Of a DNA stretch of 64,000 nucleotides, positions 62,464-64,000 are shown piece by piece. A model generated the notes under the pieces. It did not search any database. It worked only from the letters and a program-made list of their open reading frames with translations, and was not told the DNA's origin. Position 1 is the stretch's first letter. Every line of letters starts with the position of its first letter. The DNA is from an uncultured Acidobacteriota bacterium (GTDB lineage Bacteria > Acidobacteriota > UBA6911 > RPQK01 > JAPXNP01): contig CAVZRV010000007.1 in NCBI GenBank assembly GCA_963777605.1, forward strand, positions 1-64,000, read 5' to 3'. Made by a program: the position numbers and the translations under genes.

Positions 62464-64000
62464 ATGTCCCGATTCTTCAAGGTCTCAATCTTCCTCTGCG
62501 GGTTTATGGCCGTGATCCTCATCGCCGCAGGAGCGTATCTTTCCAGCGACTCCTTTGACCGGCAGGTACGACAGAGGTTGACGGCATTTCTTGAGGACCG
62601 CTTCCAAACCAACGTCTCGTTCGGGAAGATCGATATCAGCCTCTGGCAAGGCCGGATTGAGCTCGATGATATCCGCCTCGAAGATAAGAACTATCCCGAC
62701 GACAAACCAGCTATCGCTGCACAGCGCGCTCTGGTGGACTTTTCCCTGTTCCGCTACTGGCTGACCGGCATCCACCTCGACGAAGTCAGACTTGACCGGC
62801 TCAGGCTAAACCTCAAACGGGACCCGAACGGTCGTCTCAATCTCGCCAACATGTTTGGCAGTCAAAACGCCACGCCGGACGACGGCAAGGGTTTTTCCCC
62901 CGTCAAGGTGGCGATATCGTCGGTCCGGCTGGATGACGCCCGAGTGACCTACGAAGACCAGCAGATTTCGTTCAGCAGCAGTTCGGAGGGATTCGAATTG
63001 GCTCTGTCGTACCTGCCCGATCCCCCGACCTACTCTGGAGACATCGATCTTCGCGGATTTTCATTTCTGGCAGACGATTACCCGATTCCAGTTACCGACT
63101 TCAGTTCTCATTTCGTCGTCCGGGACAACCTGATCCGGTTCGAACGGGCCAAACTCCAGTCGGAACAGCTCGTCGGTTCCATCGACGGAGCGATCCTCAA
63201 TTTCAAACCCTTTGAATATGCATTCTCGGTAAACCTTGTCGCCGATCTTCCCCGGTTTGACGAACCGGACCTGGCATCGGTCTTCGAACGCGGAAAAGTG
63301 CAACTGCAGGGGCAGCTCAAAGGAACGGGAAGCGACGTCGACTTCACGGGAGAACTCGGTTCGGAATTGCTCCAGATCAAGGGGATCCCGCTCAGCGACG
63401 TCAGCGGCTCGGTTCGTGCCGGCGGAGAGGGTGCGACGCTGACCGATGCGAACTTCTCCATCTTCGACGGATCGGGGAACCTCGACGCAGAAATCTACTG
63501 GTCGGCAGATAAACGGAGTTCGGCCCAGGTCACGGCGACAGGCATGCGCCTGGCACCGGTCCTGGCACTCTTCGAAAGCGGAGACCTTCCGGTGCGCGCG
63601 GTAAACCGGATTCAGGCGGACGTAAGTTGGCCGGGAGTACTTTTCACTGAAATCTCCGGCCCGGCGGAGTTGGGCTTTTCGGGAAGGCTCACCCAGGGGG
63701 CCTCCCCGGAAGCGACGGATCTCCCCTTTACAGGCGCGACCCACGTCGAACTGTCGAGAGACGGCGTCGCCTTTGACAACGGGACTGCCACGACCCACTT
63801 GACCGACGTGGCATTCAGCGGGAAGCTCTCCTTCCAGGGTGACCTCGAGCTCTCAGCCGAAGTTGACTCCGGTTCGGGTCGGGAAGGATGGTCGATTGCC
63901 GATCGGTTCGGAGCCCTGCCGGCCGACCTGCTTGCCAGGTACCCGCTTGAACCGGACGGGAGTATCCGGGGGCATGTCGATCTGTTGCGCCCTTCCGGGG
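62464..64000 (+). CDS. TamB/AsmA-like bridge protein, N-terminal part (appears to run off the window)
   Basis: MSRFFKVSIFLCGFMAVILIAAGAYL..., then chorein-N-like VSFGKIDISLWQGRIELDDIRL and beta-rich sequence. Only the N-terminal part was translated by hand. Confidence 0.8.
   Translation, partial: MSRFFKVSIFLCGFMAVILIAAGAYLSSDSFDRQVRQRLTAFLEDRFQTNVSFGKIDISLWQGRIELDDIRLEDKNYPDDKPAIAAQRALVDFSLFRYWLTGIHLDEVRLDRLRLNLKRDPNGRLNLANMFGSQNATPDDGKGFSPVKVAISSVRLDDARVTYEDQQISFSSSSEGFELALSYLPDPPTYSGDIDLRGFSFLADDYPIPVTDFSSHFVVRDNLIRFERAKLQSEQLVGSIDGAILNFKPFEYAFSVNLVADLPRFDEPDLASVFERGKVQLQGQLKGTGSDVDFTGELGSELLQIKGIPLSDVSGSVRAGGEGATLTDANFSIFDGSGNLDAEIYWSADKRSSAQVTATGMRLAPVLALFESGDLPVRAVNRIQADVSWPGVLFTEISGPAELGFSGRLTQGASPEATDLPFTGATHVELSRDGVAFDNGTATTHLTDVAFSGKLSFQGDLELSAEVDSGSGREGWSIADRFGALPADLLARYPLEPDGSIRGHVDLLRPSG

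Overview
The window has three distinct parts. (1) Positions 1-477 are AT/purine-rich eukaryotic-looking DNA: the 3' end of a charged coiled-coil gene with in-frame TGA codons, an E-Cbs-like motif exactly 17 bp from a (G4T4)3 telomere, and the telomere itself. This looks like the end of a Euplotes-type ciliate macronuclear nanochromosome fused to bacterial DNA, most likely a read or assembly chimera. (2) Positions 478-~3792 are a GC-rich, frameshift-rich prophage end: recombination module, Gp157-like protein, HTH/Xis, SSB, tyrosine integrase, arm-type repeats and an att-like tRNA 3' fragment merged with the 3' end of radC. (3) Positions 3800-64000 are core chromosome of a GC-rich diderm bacterium, probably Acidobacteriota (inferred from gene content). 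This part carries serA; the def-fmt-rsmB-PASTA-rpe-bamD-RomR-like-valS-birA-ftsY run; an MlaEFD/MCE plus CDP-alcohol phosphatidyltransferase operon converging on a DedA/LolB-like/LolCDE-like/LolA operon; dnaK; a Cys-type (System I*) ccm cluster; a split F0 atp operon; galE/uxs; aroA; uvrB; clpB; mltD; a PQQ-type sugar dehydrogenase with a multiheme cytochrome; grpE; ruvC/yebC; truA-uppS-cdsA-dxr-rseP; a partner-switch pair; and a partial TamB/AsmA gene. No rRNA, full tRNA or CRISPR array was seen. All family calls come from motif recognition only; no searches were run.
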